Positions 1 through 12,103 of a stretch of 64,000 bases of DNA are shown here, one piece after another. Position 1 is the first letter of the stretch; each line of letters begins with the position of its first letter. Both the position numbers and the translations under genes were made by a program. Origin of the DNA: Thermoleophilia bacterium (lineage in GTDB: Bacteria; Actinomycetota; Thermoleophilia; UBA2241); assembly GCA_035686425.1 (NCBI GenBank), contig DASRZL010000072.1:11090-75089 (forward strand), written 5' to 3'. The notes under the pieces were generated by a model. The model searched no databases. It was not told the DNA's origin and saw only the letters and a list, made by a program, of their open reading frames with translations.

Positions 1-1263
<1,263 letters not shown>

Positions 1264-1375
1264 AGGGGTACGACTCCCGGGGTCTCGTGGATAGCGTCTA
1301 GGCCCATTGTCGCACAGCCTGCGGCCCGCGTCGTACCGCACGCGCCCGGCGCCCGTTGGGCGTCACCGCGCGCGT

Positions 1376-1390
1376 GGCCCGACGCGGGCC
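1376..1390 (-). terminator. GC hairpin GGCCCG-acg-CGGGCC just downstream of the hpf stop; candidate terminator/attenuator before secA, no U-tract
   Basis: 6-bp perfect stem seen in sequence, 8 nt after the hpf stop codon. Confidence 0.3.
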
Positions 1391-1397
1391 GTACAGC

Positions 1398-2018
1398 TCA
1401 GTTCTCTACCGGCTCGATCAGGCCGTAGTGGCCGTCGTTGCGGCGATAGACGACGTTCGTGCGGTTGGATTCAGCGTTCGTGAAGACGAAGAAATCGTGG
1501 CCGACGAGCTCCATCTGGAGCGTAGCCTCGTGCACCGTCATCGGCTTGAGCGCGAACTGCTTCGTCTTGACGATGCGGCCGTTGTCTCCGGTGTACAGGC
1601 TCTCCCCGGCGATCTCGTCGGCGAGAACCTCCGCGGCCACGACCGGGGCAAGCTCGGGGGCCGGCGTGGCGTCGATGACCGGCTTGTCGTGGCCGTGCCT
1701 CGTTTTGCCGTGGATCTTGTCGTGATACTTCTTGACGCGGCGCACCAGCTTGTCGGTCACCAGATCGATGGCGGCATACATGTCGGTCGACGCGTCGCGT
1801 GCTCTGATCACGGGACCGCGGGTGAACACCGTCGCCTCCGCGACGCATGGCTCGGCGATGCTCGGGTTCTTCTCGACCTTGAGCTCGAGCTCTACCCTGG
1901 TCACCTCGTCGATCTTGCGCTGCTGCAGGAGTTTGTGCACGTGCTCGATCTTCTCGCCTGCGTAGTCCTGCAGTGCGGGCGTGACGGTGACGTTGCGGCC
2001 CTTGATCTGCGTTTTCAT
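1398..2018 (-). CDS. hpf: Ribosome hibernation-promoting factor (long HPF / RaiA family)
   Basis: MKTQIKGRNVTVTPALQDYAGEKI... N-terminus plus a C-terminal dimerisation extension. The GGAGCG RBS favours the second ATG (MKTQ) over the track start. Confidence 0.9.
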   Translation of the reverse strand: MKTQIKGRNVTVTPALQDYAGEKIEHVHKLLQQRKIDEVTRVELELKVEKNPSIAEPCVAEATVFTRGPVIRARDASTDMYAAIDLVTDKLVRRVKKYHDKIHGKTRHGHDKPVIDATPAPELAPVVAAEVLADEIAGESLYTGDNGRIVKTKQFALKPMTVHEATLQMELVGHDFFVFTNAESNRTNVVYRRNDGHYGLIEPVEN

Positions 2019-2887
2019 CGACATCGCTCCTTCGGGACGGCATGGTCTCGCGATGCGTGGGCATGCGCTGCACGAACAGTACGTGCGAAGGTGAAAGCGT
2101 GGGGGTCGAGGTTTGCATGAGCGAGCGCTTCAGCGCACTGGTTCAACGTTTCACCTGTGGTGTAGACGTCGTCGACAATGATCACTCGCTTGAGTCTCTT
2201 ATCTACCCCGAAGCCGTTCTCCTGCAACGCGAACGCGCCATGGACATTGGCGGCGCGCGACGCCCGGTCCAGCCCGCTCTGGCGGGCGCCGTGCCGCACG
2301 CGGCGGAGCAGCGGAGCATAGGCGAGCCCGGCATCCCCTGCAAGCCGGCGGGCGAAGGATTCGGCGAGGTCGAAGCCACGATCGAGTTTGTGCACGCGGT
2401 GGGCGGGGACCGACGTCACCACGACGTCCTCGTGCGTTCGGGCGGCCGGCCCATCCGCGCCGGCGACGGCTGTCGCGCCGGCCCGGGCCGCGGTGGCAGC
2501 GAACGCCGGCGCGGCGCGGCCGGCCATGTCGTCCGTCAGCGAGCGCAGCGCCCGGAACTTGCAGGCCGTAACGAGGGCGCGAGCCGGCCCGTCGTAGCAG
2601 AAGGCCGCCGACGCGGCGGTGAAGGCGAGGCCACGGCCGGCACACTCCCGGCAGACAGGCATGCCCCCGCCCTGGGCTTCGGCACGCGCAGCGCGCGCCG
2701 GCCGGCCGGCGCGCCGGAGCGGCGCACCGCAACGGCGGCAACGGTCGTCGGGAAGAGGATGAAGGTCGGCGGCGCACGCCTCGCACAGCCAGCTCCCGGC
2801 GGAGCGGCACACCACGCAGCGCCTGGGGAACACGAGATCGAGCAGGCCGTCGAGGGCGCCCTTGGCGTCCACTCGCGGCACCGGCAT
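2015..2887 (-). CDS. comFC: ComF-family phosphoribosyltransferase (ComFC-like competence protein)
   Basis: N-terminal Cys cluster (CVVCRSAGSWLCEAC...CRRCGAP...CRECAG) and C-terminal PRTase motif VIIVDDVYTTGETL. Real start is MPVPRV; the upstream Arg-rich extension in the track is spurious. TGATG junction with the upstream gene. Confidence 0.8.
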   Translation of the reverse strand: MPVPRVDAKGALDGLLDLVFPRRCVVCRSAGSWLCEACAADLHPLPDDRCRRCGAPLRRAGRPARAARAEAQGGGMPVCRECAGRGLAFTAASAAFCYDGPARALVTACKFRALRSLTDDMAGRAAPAFAATAARAGATAVAGADGPAARTHEDVVVTSVPAHRVHKLDRGFDLAESFARRLAGDAGLAYAPLLRRVRHGARQSGLDRASRAANVHGAFALQENGFGVDKRLKRVIIVDDVYTTGETLNQCAEALAHANLDPHAFTFARTVRAAHAHASRDHAVPKERCR

Positions 2888-4019
2888 CACTCCCCGTCGG
2901 GTCCGTCGCCGAGGCCGCCGGGCTCCATGCGCGTGCGCGGCTCGAGCCTCGCCCCGGCGTCGACTTGCGCGTGCGCGGCGATGTCGGACCGGTCGCCGAC
3001 TACCGCGTCCTCGCGCACCACCGCCTCGTGATGCACGACGACGTTGCGGCCGAGGATGCTGCCGGCGAGGCGAGCGCCGCGGCCGGCCTTGGCGCCGTCC
3101 CAGTGGATGACGCCCTCGAGCACCGCGCCGCGCTCGACGACGCAGCCGTCGCCGATGATGAGCGGACCGATGAGCTCGGCGCCGGACTCGACCAGGCAGC
3201 CGGCGCCGAGGAGGATCGGCGCCTCCATCCGCACGCCGGCCTCGATCTCGGTGCCCTGCCCGACCCACACGCGCGGGGCGATCTCCCGGCCGGGCACGTC
3301 GAGGTGCACCCGGCCGAGCAAGGCGTCGAAATTGCTGAGGCGGTACTGCTCGATGTTGCCGACGTCGTTCCAGTAGGTCTCCAGCTCCCAGCAGTGGAAC
3401 GGGCGTCCATCGGCGAGCAGAGCCGGGAAGACGTCCTTGGCCCAGTCCACGAAGGAGCCGGGCGCAACGTAGTCGAAGATCTCCGGCTCGAGGGCGTAGA
3501 TGCCGCAGTTGCAGAGCGTCGAGAGCGCCTCGGCGCGCGACGGTTTCTCCTGGAAGCCGGTCACGCGCATGGAGCCGTCGTGCACGACGACGCCGTACAG
3601 TGACGGGTCGTCGACTTCCTTCACCGCCATGCTGGCGATGCCGCCTGAAGCCTTGTGCGCGGCGAGAAAGGCGGTGAGGTCGAGGTCGGTGAGACCGTCT
3701 CCGCTCATGACGAGGAACGTGGAGCCGGAGAAGAACTCGCGGAACGCGTCGGCGCCGCCGGCCGTGCCCAGAAGCTGCTCCTCCTGGTTGTAGCGCAACC
3801 GGATGCCGAACCGGGACCCGTCGCCGAAGTAGGCGCGGATCTTGTCGGGGTGATAGTGCAGGTTGGCGGCGATCTCGTTCACGCCATGGCGGCGCAGCAG
3901 GCCGAGCAGGTGCTCCATGACGGGCCGGTTGAGGATGGGCACCATGGGCTTGGACGTGAGCCCTGTGAGCGGGTAGAGGCGCGTTCCGAGACCCGCGGCC
4001 ATGAGGTACGCACGCACGC

Positions 4020-4023
<4 letters not shown>
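2887..4023 (-). CDS. Sugar-1-phosphate nucleotidyltransferase (RmlA/ManC-like N-terminal domain plus C-terminal left-handed beta-helix)
   Basis: AAGLGTRLYPLT motif, then MSGDGLTD, then LbH repeats. GTG start with GGAG 8 nt upstream; GTGA overlap with the mtnA stop. Confidence 0.75.
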
Positions 4024-5171
<1,148 letters not shown>

Positions 5172-5184
5172 TGTGGCTCCGGAC

Positions 5185-6447
5185 TCAGGTGCCCTGATCC
5201 CACGAGGCGAGGTACTTGGCCTGCTCCTCGGTGAGCGTGTCGCAGTCGACGCTCATGCTCTCGAGCTTGAGCCGGGCGATCTCGTCGTCGATGTCCTTGG
5301 GCACCACGTAGACCTTGTTCTCGAGGTCGGCGTGATTCTTGACCATGAACTCGGCGGAGAGCGACTGGTTGGCGAAGCTCATGTCCATGACCGCCGCCGG
5401 GTGACCCTCGGCAGCCGCCAGGTTGACCAGCCGGCCGTCGGCCAGCAGGTAGATGCGGCGGCCGTCCGCCATGGTGTACTCGTCCACGAACTCGCGCATC
5501 GTGCGCTTCTTGACCGAGAGCTTCTCGAGCGCCGGGATGTCGATCTCGACGTTGAAGTGGCCGGTGTTGGCGATGATGGTGCCGTCCTGCATGACCTCGA
5601 AGTGCTCGCCGCGCAGCACGTGGATGTCGCCGGTGGCGGTGACGAAGAGCTTGGCGACCTTGGCGGCCTCGGCGACCGGCATGACGCGGAAGCCGTCCAT
5701 GACGGCCTCGAGGGCGCGCAGCGGGTCGACCTCGAGCACGATGACGTCGGCGCCATGGCCCTTCATGCGCATCGCGAGGCCGCGCCCGCACCAGCCGTAG
5801 CCGGCGACGCAGACGGTACTGCCGGCGATGAGGATGTTGGTGGCACGGATGACGCCGTCGAGCGTGCTCTGGCCGGTGCCGTAGCGGTTGTCGAACATGT
5901 GCTTCGTGTTGGCCTCATTGACGGCCACGATGGGGAACATGAGCCGGCCCTCGGCCTCGAGCGCCTTGAGGCGAATGACGCCGGTGGTCGTCTCTTCGGT
6001 GCCGCCGATGATGTCGGCGGCCATGTCGGGGCGCTCGCCGTGGAGGACGCCGATGACGTCGGCGCCGTCGTCCATGGTTATGTTCGGCCGGTGGTCGACG
6101 CAGGCGTTGATGTGCGCGTAGTACGTCTCGTCGTCCTCGCCCTTGATGGCGTAGACGCGCACCCCGTACTCCTTCACGAGCGCCGCGGCCACGTCGTCCT
6201 GCGTGCTCAGCGGATTGCTGGCGCACAGCACCACGTCGGCGCCGCCGGCGACCAGCGTGCGCATGAGGCCGGCGGTCTCGGTGGTGACGTGCAGGCAGGC
6301 GCCGATGCGCACACCCTCGAGCGGCTTCTCCTTCTCGAAGCGCTCGCGGATGGCCCGCAGGACCGGCATGTGCATGTCGGCCCACTCGATGCGCAGCACG
6401 CCCTCGGGGGAGAGATCGATGTCTTTGATGTGGTATTCGTTGCTCAA
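5185..6447 (-). CDS. ahcY: Adenosylhomocysteinase (SAH hydrolase)
   Basis: [22 protein letters not shown]..., [11 protein letters not shown] motif and HFNVEID. A TTG start at about 6447 is preferred (GAGG 6 nt upstream) over the longer track ORF. Confidence 0.9.
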   Translation of the reverse strand: MSNEYHIKDIDLSPEGVLRIEWADMHMPVLRAIRERFEKEKPLEGVRIGACLHVTTETAGLMRTLVAGGADVVLCASNPLSTQDDVAAALVKEYGVRVYAIKGEDDETYYAHINACVDHRPNITMDDGADVIGVLHGERPDMAADIIGGTEETTTGVIRLKALEAEGRLMFPIVAVNEANTKHMFDNRYGTGQSTLDGVIRATNILIAGSTVCVAGYGWCGRGLAMRMKGHGADVIVLEVDPLRALEAVMDGFRVMPVAEAAKVAKLFVTATGDIHVLRGEHFEVMQDGTIIANTGHFNVEIDIPALEKLSVKKRTMREFVDEYTMADGRRIYLLADGRLVNLAAAEGHPAAVMDMSFANQSLSAEFMVKNHADLENKVYVVPKDIDDEIARLKLESMSVDCDTLTEEQAKYLASWDQGT

Positions 6448-6455
6448 ACCGAGCC

Positions 6456-7067
6456 TCACTCTCTTTCGGATCGCGGCGCCTGCACCACTCCGCAGGCGGC
6501 CAGTCTCAAGCCGTAGTACGCGGCGACGATGGCGGCGGGGACGAGGCAATCGGACACGACGGCACAGCCCCCGTCGCGGGCCGCCCGGACCTCGAAGCGC
6601 GTGAGGTGCCGGGCGTCAGCGATGCCCGCCGCCACGACGCCGAACGAGTATACCCGAGCCCCCTCGCGCGGACGAACGAGGCGGGGTTGATATATGCCCG
6701 TCATGCCGGGGAAGTCGCGCTGCACTCCCTCCGGCCAGCGGCCCGTGAGCGGGCCGCGCGCCTCGAGCCCGACGTGGTCGGCGATCAGGGCGATGTCGCC
6801 CGCGGCCGGCGCGGGTTCGCCGGCGGACGGGCCGATCTCCCCCGCCCCGGCCGGCCCTACCCACTCGACCGGGACGATGAGTCCGACGCACGCGCCGTGC
6901 GCCTGCGCCGCGAACAACTCGAAGAGCGGCCCCTCGAAAGGGGCAGGCGGCCGCAGGTCGTGGCGCTCCAGACTCTCGAGCGGCACGCCGGGGAACAGCC
7001 CGGCGCCGCTCCGGCGGCTCGCCGCGTCGGCGGCCGTCAGCACAAGAGCGACGGAGTCGCCGGCCAA
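6456..7067 (-). CDS. PNP_UDP_1-like nucleoside phosphorylase/nucleosidase superfamily protein (possibly MTA/SAH nucleosidase or futalosine hydrolase)
   Basis: 203 aa; N-terminal [12 protein letters not shown]-type motif and C-terminal AVVSDCLV region; sits beside ahcY and mtnA. Weak similarity judged from memory only. Confidence 0.4.
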   Translation of the reverse strand: MAGDSVALVLTAADAASRRSGAGLFPGVPLESLERHDLRPPAPFEGPLFELFAAQAHGACVGLIVPVEWVGPAGAGEIGPSAGEPAPAAGDIALIADHVGLEARGPLTGRWPEGVQRDFPGMTGIYQPRLVRPREGARVYSFGVVAAGIADARHLTRFEVRAARDGGCAVVSDCLVPAAIVAAYYGLRLAACGVVQAPRSERE

Positions 7068-7073
7068 GCGGCG

Positions 7074-8168
7074 TCAGCCGGCGTCGCCGGCGAGGCTGGC
7101 CTTGAGCGCCTGGATGGCGTCGACAGGGGTGGGGTCGACGCCGTAGAGCACGGCGAGATAGCACGACGTGTAGTCGCCGAGCTGCACCAGCGAGAACAGC
7201 CGCGCGAGACGGGAGGCGCCCCGCGCCGCGACGACCTCCGTATCGACGCCGAGCGCCTCGTACTCGCGCGCCGTGAGCTGCGCGCGGCGGGTCAGGCGCT
7301 CATCGCCGAACTCGTCGTGCAGGAACAACGCGACTGTGGACGAGGTCAGATGCGGCAGGCTCGTCCAGCCCATGAGCTCGTTGTGGTCGAGCTCCGGCAG
7401 CTCGTTGAAGAAGGCCGGAGCTTTGGCATTCTCGTTGATCTGCCCCTTCCAGCGCCGGGCGACGGGGCCGGTGGGGCCGGCGCCGTACGCGACGACGAGC
7501 CGGTTCTCCAGCCGCCGGGCCAGCGTCTTGGCGGGGTTGCCCTCCTCGCCACACTCCGGGCCGAAGATCGCGTTGTCCCGCTCGAGCTGTGCGGCGGCCG
7601 CGGCGACGTCGCTCGCATGCTCGTGGCACAGCCCGGAGGCCTCCAGGGTGGCCAGCAGGGGCATCGAGAGCAAGCCGACGGCGGCGCGGGGTTGGCGACC
7701 CCCGGGGACGAGCACCAGCGGCATGCCCTCCGCCTCGGCGTACGCCGCCAAGCGACCGCCGGAGGCCACGCAGACGGGGGCGCAGCCGCGCGAGCGCGCC
7801 TGCGCCGCGCACGCGAGCGCTTCTTCGGTCTCTCCCGAGTAGCTCACGAGGACGACCAGCGTCTCCGCACCCACCCACTCGGGGAGCGCGTAGCCGCGCA
7901 CGACGGTGGTCGGCACGGCGAGGTCGGGCAAGGCGGCGAGAGCGAGGTCGGCGCCGATGGCGGAGCCACCCATCCCGCAGACGGCGAGCCCGTCGGGCTC
8001 GGCGGGTGGGATCGCCGGGAAGGTCCCGAAGAAGGCGCCGGCGAGCCGCTCGCGTGCCGTCTCGTAGCCGTCGCGAAGCTGTTGCGGCAGCGCCGCCACC
8101 TCGGCGAACATGCCGGCGCGGTCGACGGCCGCGACTCTCGCGGGGCTGAGGTCCGCAGGACTCCCCAC
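7074..8168 (-). CDS. Bifunctional phosphoglucose/phosphomannose isomerase (SIS-domain PGI/PMI)
   Basis: CGMGGSAIGADLA and VLVSYSGETEE SIS motifs; located within the GDP-mannose gene set. Confidence 0.7.
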   Translation of the reverse strand: MGSPADLSPARVAAVDRAGMFAEVAALPQQLRDGYETARERLAGAFFGTFPAIPPAEPDGLAVCGMGGSAIGADLALAALPDLAVPTTVVRGYALPEWVGAETLVVLVSYSGETEEALACAAQARSRGCAPVCVASGGRLAAYAEAEGMPLVLVPGGRQPRAAVGLLSMPLLATLEASGLCHEHASDVAAAAAQLERDNAIFGPECGEEGNPAKTLARRLENRLVVAYGAGPTGPVARRWKGQINENAKAPAFFNELPELDHNELMGWTSLPHLTSSTVALFLHDEFGDERLTRRAQLTAREYEALGVDTEVVAARGASRLARLFSLVQLGDYTSCYLAVLYGVDPTPVDAIQALKASLAGDAG

Positions 8169-8169
8169 G

Positions 8170-9519
8170 TCAGCCCTCGCTGATGACGGAGAGCACGAGG
8201 TCGCGCTTCTCCTCCATGAGACCCTGGGAGTCGGCGCCCAGGTTGAGCCGCAGGAGCGGCTCGGTGTTGGACGGCCGCACGTTGAAGTGCCAGTGCTCGT
8301 AGTCGACGGAGATGCCGTCCAGGCGCCCGAGCTCGCCGCCGGAGAAGCGTTCTTCGACGCGGCTGAGCGCCGCCGGTACGTCGTCGACCACCGAGTTGAT
8401 CTCGCCGCTGATGAAGTACTTGGTGCGGAGCGGCTCCAGCAGCTCCGCCATGGTGGCGCGCTTCTGCGAGAGCAGCTCGAGGATGAGCAGCGCGGGGATG
8501 AAGCCGGAGTCGGCGTTGTAGTTGTCGGCGAAGTAGTAATGGCCGGACACCTCGCCGCCGAAGAGCCCGCCCTCGCGCCGCATGCGCTGCTTGAAGAAGG
8601 CGTGCCCGACGCGGTTGAGCAGGGGCACGCCGCCGTTGGCGCTGATCACGTCAGGCACCGCACGGCTGGCGCGCAGGTCGTAGAGGATCTTCGCGCCGGG
8701 ATTCTTGAGAAGCAGCGCCTCCGCCAACAGCGCGGTGACGAAATCGCCGGGCACGAACTCCCCGGCCTCGTCGATGAAGAAGCAGCGGTCGGCGTCGCCG
8801 TCCCAGGCGATGCCGAGATCGGCCTTCTCGGCCACGACGCGCTCGCGGATCTCCCGGCTGTTCTCCTCGAGCAGCGGGTTGGGCTCGTGGTTGGGGAACG
8901 TGCCGTCGACCTTGAAGTACATCTCGACGGAGTCGAGCGGTGTGCCGGCGAACACGAGTGGGGCAAGCACGCCGGCGACGCCGTTGGCGGCGTCCATGAC
9001 CACCTTGTACGGCCTGATGGCGGAGACGTCCACGAGCCCATGCAGGTGCTCGACGTAGGCGGGGTACAGGTCGAGGCGCTCTATGCCCGTGCCGGTGATG
9101 GACACCGGCAACTCGTCGCACGCCTGGCTCCGCTGCTTGAGCTCGGGGATGCCGGCGTCGCCGCTCAACGGTAGCGCCCCCTCCCCCACCAGCTTCATGC
9201 CGTTGTACTGCGGTGGATTGTGTGAGGCAGTCACCATCGCGCCGCCGTCGAGGCCCTGCGAGGCCACACCGAAGTACAGCATCTCCGTCGGCACGAGGCC
9301 GAAGTCGACGGACGAGGCGCCGCCTGCGGCGGCGCCCGCCGCGAAGGCCGCGACCAGACCGGCGGACGACGGCCGCGGGTCCATCCCCACGCCGAGCCGG
9401 GTGGCCCCCAGCTGCTGTGCCAGCGCGCAGCCGATGCGCTCGGCCGCCGACTCGTCGAGCTCCTGCGGGTAGAGCCCCCGTATGTCGTAGGCTTTGAAGA
9501 TGCCGTCGGGGATCGTCAC
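8170..9519 (-). CDS. Phosphomannomutase/phosphoglucomutase
   Basis: KAYDIRG, TASHNPPQYNGMKL, GDGDADR and GGEVSGHYYF motifs. GTG start with GGGAGGGAG upstream; GTGA overlap with the manC stop. Confidence 0.85.
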   Translation of the reverse strand: MTIPDGIFKAYDIRGLYPQELDESAAERIGCALAQQLGATRLGVGMDPRPSSAGLVAAFAAGAAAGGASSVDFGLVPTEMLYFGVASQGLDGGAMVTASHNPPQYNGMKLVGEGALPLSGDAGIPELKQRSQACDELPVSITGTGIERLDLYPAYVEHLHGLVDVSAIRPYKVVMDAANGVAGVLAPLVFAGTPLDSVEMYFKVDGTFPNHEPNPLLEENSREIRERVVAEKADLGIAWDGDADRCFFIDEAGEFVPGDFVTALLAEALLLKNPGAKILYDLRASRAVPDVISANGGVPLLNRVGHAFFKQRMRREGGLFGGEVSGHYYFADNYNADSGFIPALLILELLSQKRATMAELLEPLRTKYFISGEINSVVDDVPAALSRVEERFSGGELGRLDGISVDYEHWHFNVRPSNTEPLLRLNLGADSQGLMEEKRDLVLSVISEG

Positions 9520-10676
9520 GTGCTCTCCCTCCCGCGTAGCTGCTCGCAGAACTGGATGGAGTTGTCGGGCAGCTCCGTGTTCGGATACACGCAGATGCCG
9601 CCGGCGAGCCGGTTGCCGGCGCCGACCACGCAGGCCTCTCCGAGAACGGCGCCGTTGAGCTGCGTCCCGGCGCCGACGTTGCAGTCGCGCACGAGGATGC
9701 TGCCCTCCACCTGGGCGTGTGCGCCGACGACGACGCCGGACTGGACGACAGCCTCGATGATGGTCGCGCCCTCCCCGACCACGGCGCCGGAGCCGAGCAC
9801 GGCGAGAGGGCCGATCCGGGCGCCGGCGTCGACGCGCGCGCCGTCGGCGACATAGCACGGTGGCACGACCCGCGCGCCGCCGGAGACCTCGGCCGACGGC
9901 GAGATGTAGAGGTACTGGTCGCCGAGCTGGTCCGCGATGGAGGTGTTCACGGTCCGCTCGAGGATGTCGAAGTGCGCCTGCAGATAGCTGTCGGGAGTGC
10001 CGATGTCGCGCCAGTAGCCGCGATCGACGTAGCCGTAGAGCGAGCCGGCGGAGGCGAGCTTGGGGAACACCCCGCGCTCGATGGAGAAGAGCCGCCCGCG
10101 GGGGATCATCTCGAGCACTTCCGGCTCGAGAACATAGACGCCGGCGTTGATGAGGGCAGTGCCCTCCCACTCGCCGGGCTTCTCGAGGAAGCTGGCGACG
10201 GCGCCGTCCTCTCGCAGCTCGACCAAGCCGTAGCGCCGCGGGTCCTCGACCGGGGTGAGAAAGATGGTCCCCATCCCCCCCTTGGCGACGTGGGTCGCCG
10301 CGAGCGCACCGAGGTCCACGTCGCTCAGCACGTCGCCGTTGAAGACGTAGAAGCTGCCGTCGTCGAGCTTGGACTCGCAGTTGGCGATCGCACCAGCAGT
10401 GCCGAGGGGCTCGTCCTCGACCGCGTAGTCCACCTCGAGACCGTAGTCCGTCCCGTCGCCGATCACCGCCTCGATCGCCTCGGCCAGAAAACCGGTGGAG
10501 AAGATCGCGCGCTCGACACCGTGACGGGCGAGATTGTCCAGGATGTAGGCGACGAACGGTCGCTCGACGACGGGTGCGACCGGCTTGGGCACGCGTGACG
10601 TGACGGGACGCAGCCGCGTGCCCTCACCACCGACGAGGATGACGGCTTGTCGCGGGATGCCTCGCGTCGGAGTCAT
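9516..10676 (-). CDS. Mannose-1-phosphate guanylyltransferase (GDP-mannose pyrophosphorylase; NTP-transferase plus LbH)
   Basis: AVILVGGEGTRLRPVT and FNGDVLSD motifs plus C-terminal hexapeptide repeats. Confidence 0.8.
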   Translation of the reverse strand: MTPTRGIPRQAVILVGGEGTRLRPVTSRVPKPVAPVVERPFVAYILDNLARHGVERAIFSTGFLAEAIEAVIGDGTDYGLEVDYAVEDEPLGTAGAIANCESKLDDGSFYVFNGDVLSDVDLGALAATHVAKGGMGTIFLTPVEDPRRYGLVELREDGAVASFLEKPGEWEGTALINAGVYVLEPEVLEMIPRGRLFSIERGVFPKLASAGSLYGYVDRGYWRDIGTPDSYLQAHFDILERTVNTSIADQLGDQYLYISPSAEVSGGARVVPPCYVADGARVDAGARIGPLAVLGSGAVVGEGATIIEAVVQSGVVVGAHAQVEGSILVRDCNVGAGTQLNGAVLGEACVVGAGNRLAGGICVYPNTELPDNSIQFCEQLRGREST

Positions 10677-10685
10677 CGCGGCGGC

Positions 10686-11999
10686 TCAGCCGGCGACGGG
10701 GGCCGGCACTGCGTCGCCGAGACCGATGCCCTCGTACTCGAGCCCGGCCTCGGTGGCCACGGCCGGGTCGACGAAGTTGCGGCCGTCGATGAGCAGCGGC
10801 CGCGCCATGGCCGCCGCGGCGGCGACCCAGTCGAGCCGCGCGAACTCCGGCCACTCGGTCACGAGGACTGCCGCATCGGCGCCCTCGAGCGCCTCGAGCG
10901 GCTCCGCGCAGATCTCGACGCCCGGGAACAACGGGTGGTCGCCGGCGTCGAGCATGGGATCGTAGGCCTTCACGCTGACGCCCTCGTGGATGAGGCGGCC
11001 GGCCAGGACGATCGAGGCCGCCTCGCGCAGGTCGTCGGTGTTCGGCTTGAAGGTGAGTCCGAGCAGCGCGACCGTGGCGCCGCGAAGGCCGCCGAGCCGC
11101 TCCTTGAGCTTGCCGACCACCCGGCGTTTCTGCAGCGCGTTGACCTCGATGACGGCGTTGAGCAGCTGGAAGTGATAGCCGGTATTCCCCGCCAGCTGCT
11201 TGAGCGCCTGCACGTCCTTGGGAAAGCACGACCCGCCGTAGCCGATGCCGGCGTGCAGGAAGTGCGGGCCGATGCGGTGGTCGAGACCCATGCCGTGAGC
11301 GACCGTCTTCACGTCGGCTCCGACCTGCTCGCAGACGTTGGCGATCTCGTTGATGAAGGAGATCTTGGTGGCGAGGAACGCGTTGGAGGCGTATTTGACC
11401 ATCTCTGCGGTGGGGACGCTGGTGCGCACGACGTCGGTGTCGATGCCCCGGTAGAGTGACTCGACGACGGCGCCGTCCTCCTCGCGGAAACTGCCGATGA
11501 CGATGCGGTCGGGCTCGAGGAAGTCCTGGATGGCCGCGCCCTCGCGCAGGAACTCGGGATTGGACGTGTAGGTGATGTCGGCTGCTCCGAGCGCCTCGAG
11601 GTCGGCCATGACCTTCTCGCCCGTGCCGACCGGGACGGTGCTCTTCATGACGAGCAGCCGCTCCCCGTGGCGCGCGGCGATCTCGCGGACCGCGTACTGA
11701 ACGCGGGAGAGATCCGCATCCCCCGACGGAGACGGCGGCGTGTCGACGGCGATGAAGAGGACGTGGCAGGAGTCGAGCAGCACATCGTAGGACGTGGTGA
11801 ACGAGAGGCGGGCGGCGTTGTCGCTGACGAGCTTCTCGAGTCCGGGCTCGAAGATGGGGACCTCACCGCGCTCCAGTCTCGCGATCTTGGCCTCATCGAC
11901 GTCCATGCACAGGACATCGTGCCCGAGATGGGCGAAGCACACGGCCGAGACGAGGCCGACGTACCCGGTACCGACGACCCCGATCGGAGCGGCATCCAT
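10686..11999 (-). CDS. ugd: UDP-glucose 6-dehydrogenase (UDP-glucose/GDP-mannose dehydrogenase family)
   Basis: GTGYVGLVSAVCFA NAD motif, GGSCFPKD catalytic motif and KPNTDDLRE. Confidence 0.85.
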   Translation of the reverse strand: MDAAPIGVVGTGYVGLVSAVCFAHLGHDVLCMDVDEAKIARLERGEVPIFEPGLEKLVSDNAARLSFTTSYDVLLDSCHVLFIAVDTPPSPSGDADLSRVQYAVREIAARHGERLLVMKSTVPVGTGEKVMADLEALGAADITYTSNPEFLREGAAIQDFLEPDRIVIGSFREEDGAVVESLYRGIDTDVVRTSVPTAEMVKYASNAFLATKISFINEIANVCEQVGADVKTVAHGMGLDHRIGPHFLHAGIGYGGSCFPKDVQALKQLAGNTGYHFQLLNAVIEVNALQKRRVVGKLKERLGGLRGATVALLGLTFKPNTDDLREAASIVLAGRLIHEGVSVKAYDPMLDAGDHPLFPGVEICAEPLEALEGADAAVLVTEWPEFARLDWVAAAAAMARPLLIDGRNFVDPAVATEAGLEYEGIGLGDAVPAPVAG

Positions 12000-12063
12000 G
12001 CGGATCAGAACCTCCGTGAAAGGTGAGAAAGAGCCCCGTTTACGGGCGAAAGTCTACCACAGG

Positions 12064-12079
12064 CCGGGCCGCGGCCCGG
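12064..12079 (-). terminator. Self-complementary GC palindrome CCGGGCCGCGGCCCGG between the membrane-protein stop and the ugd promoter/5' UTR
   Basis: Perfect 16-nt palindrome. A TAGACT -10-like box and a short hairpin with a U-rich run follow on the minus strand before the ugd RBS (GGAGG). Confidence 0.3.
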
Positions 12080-12103
12080 ACGTGTGCGCGTCGATGCGGC
12101 TCC

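Noticed and set aside
2015-3268. Long N-terminal extensions in track ORFs (comF 417 aa, nucleotidyltransferase 527 aa, manB 666 aa, murA 544 aa, hisD 539 aa, hisZ 522 aa, hisA 371 aa, glyA 483 aa, PhzF 353 aa, DUF3465 277 aa, atpC 220 aa, azlC 412 aa)
   Set aside because: The extensions are Arg/Pro-rich, overlap upstream genes, and internal starts with RBS or 4-nt coupled overlaps give proteins of canonical length.
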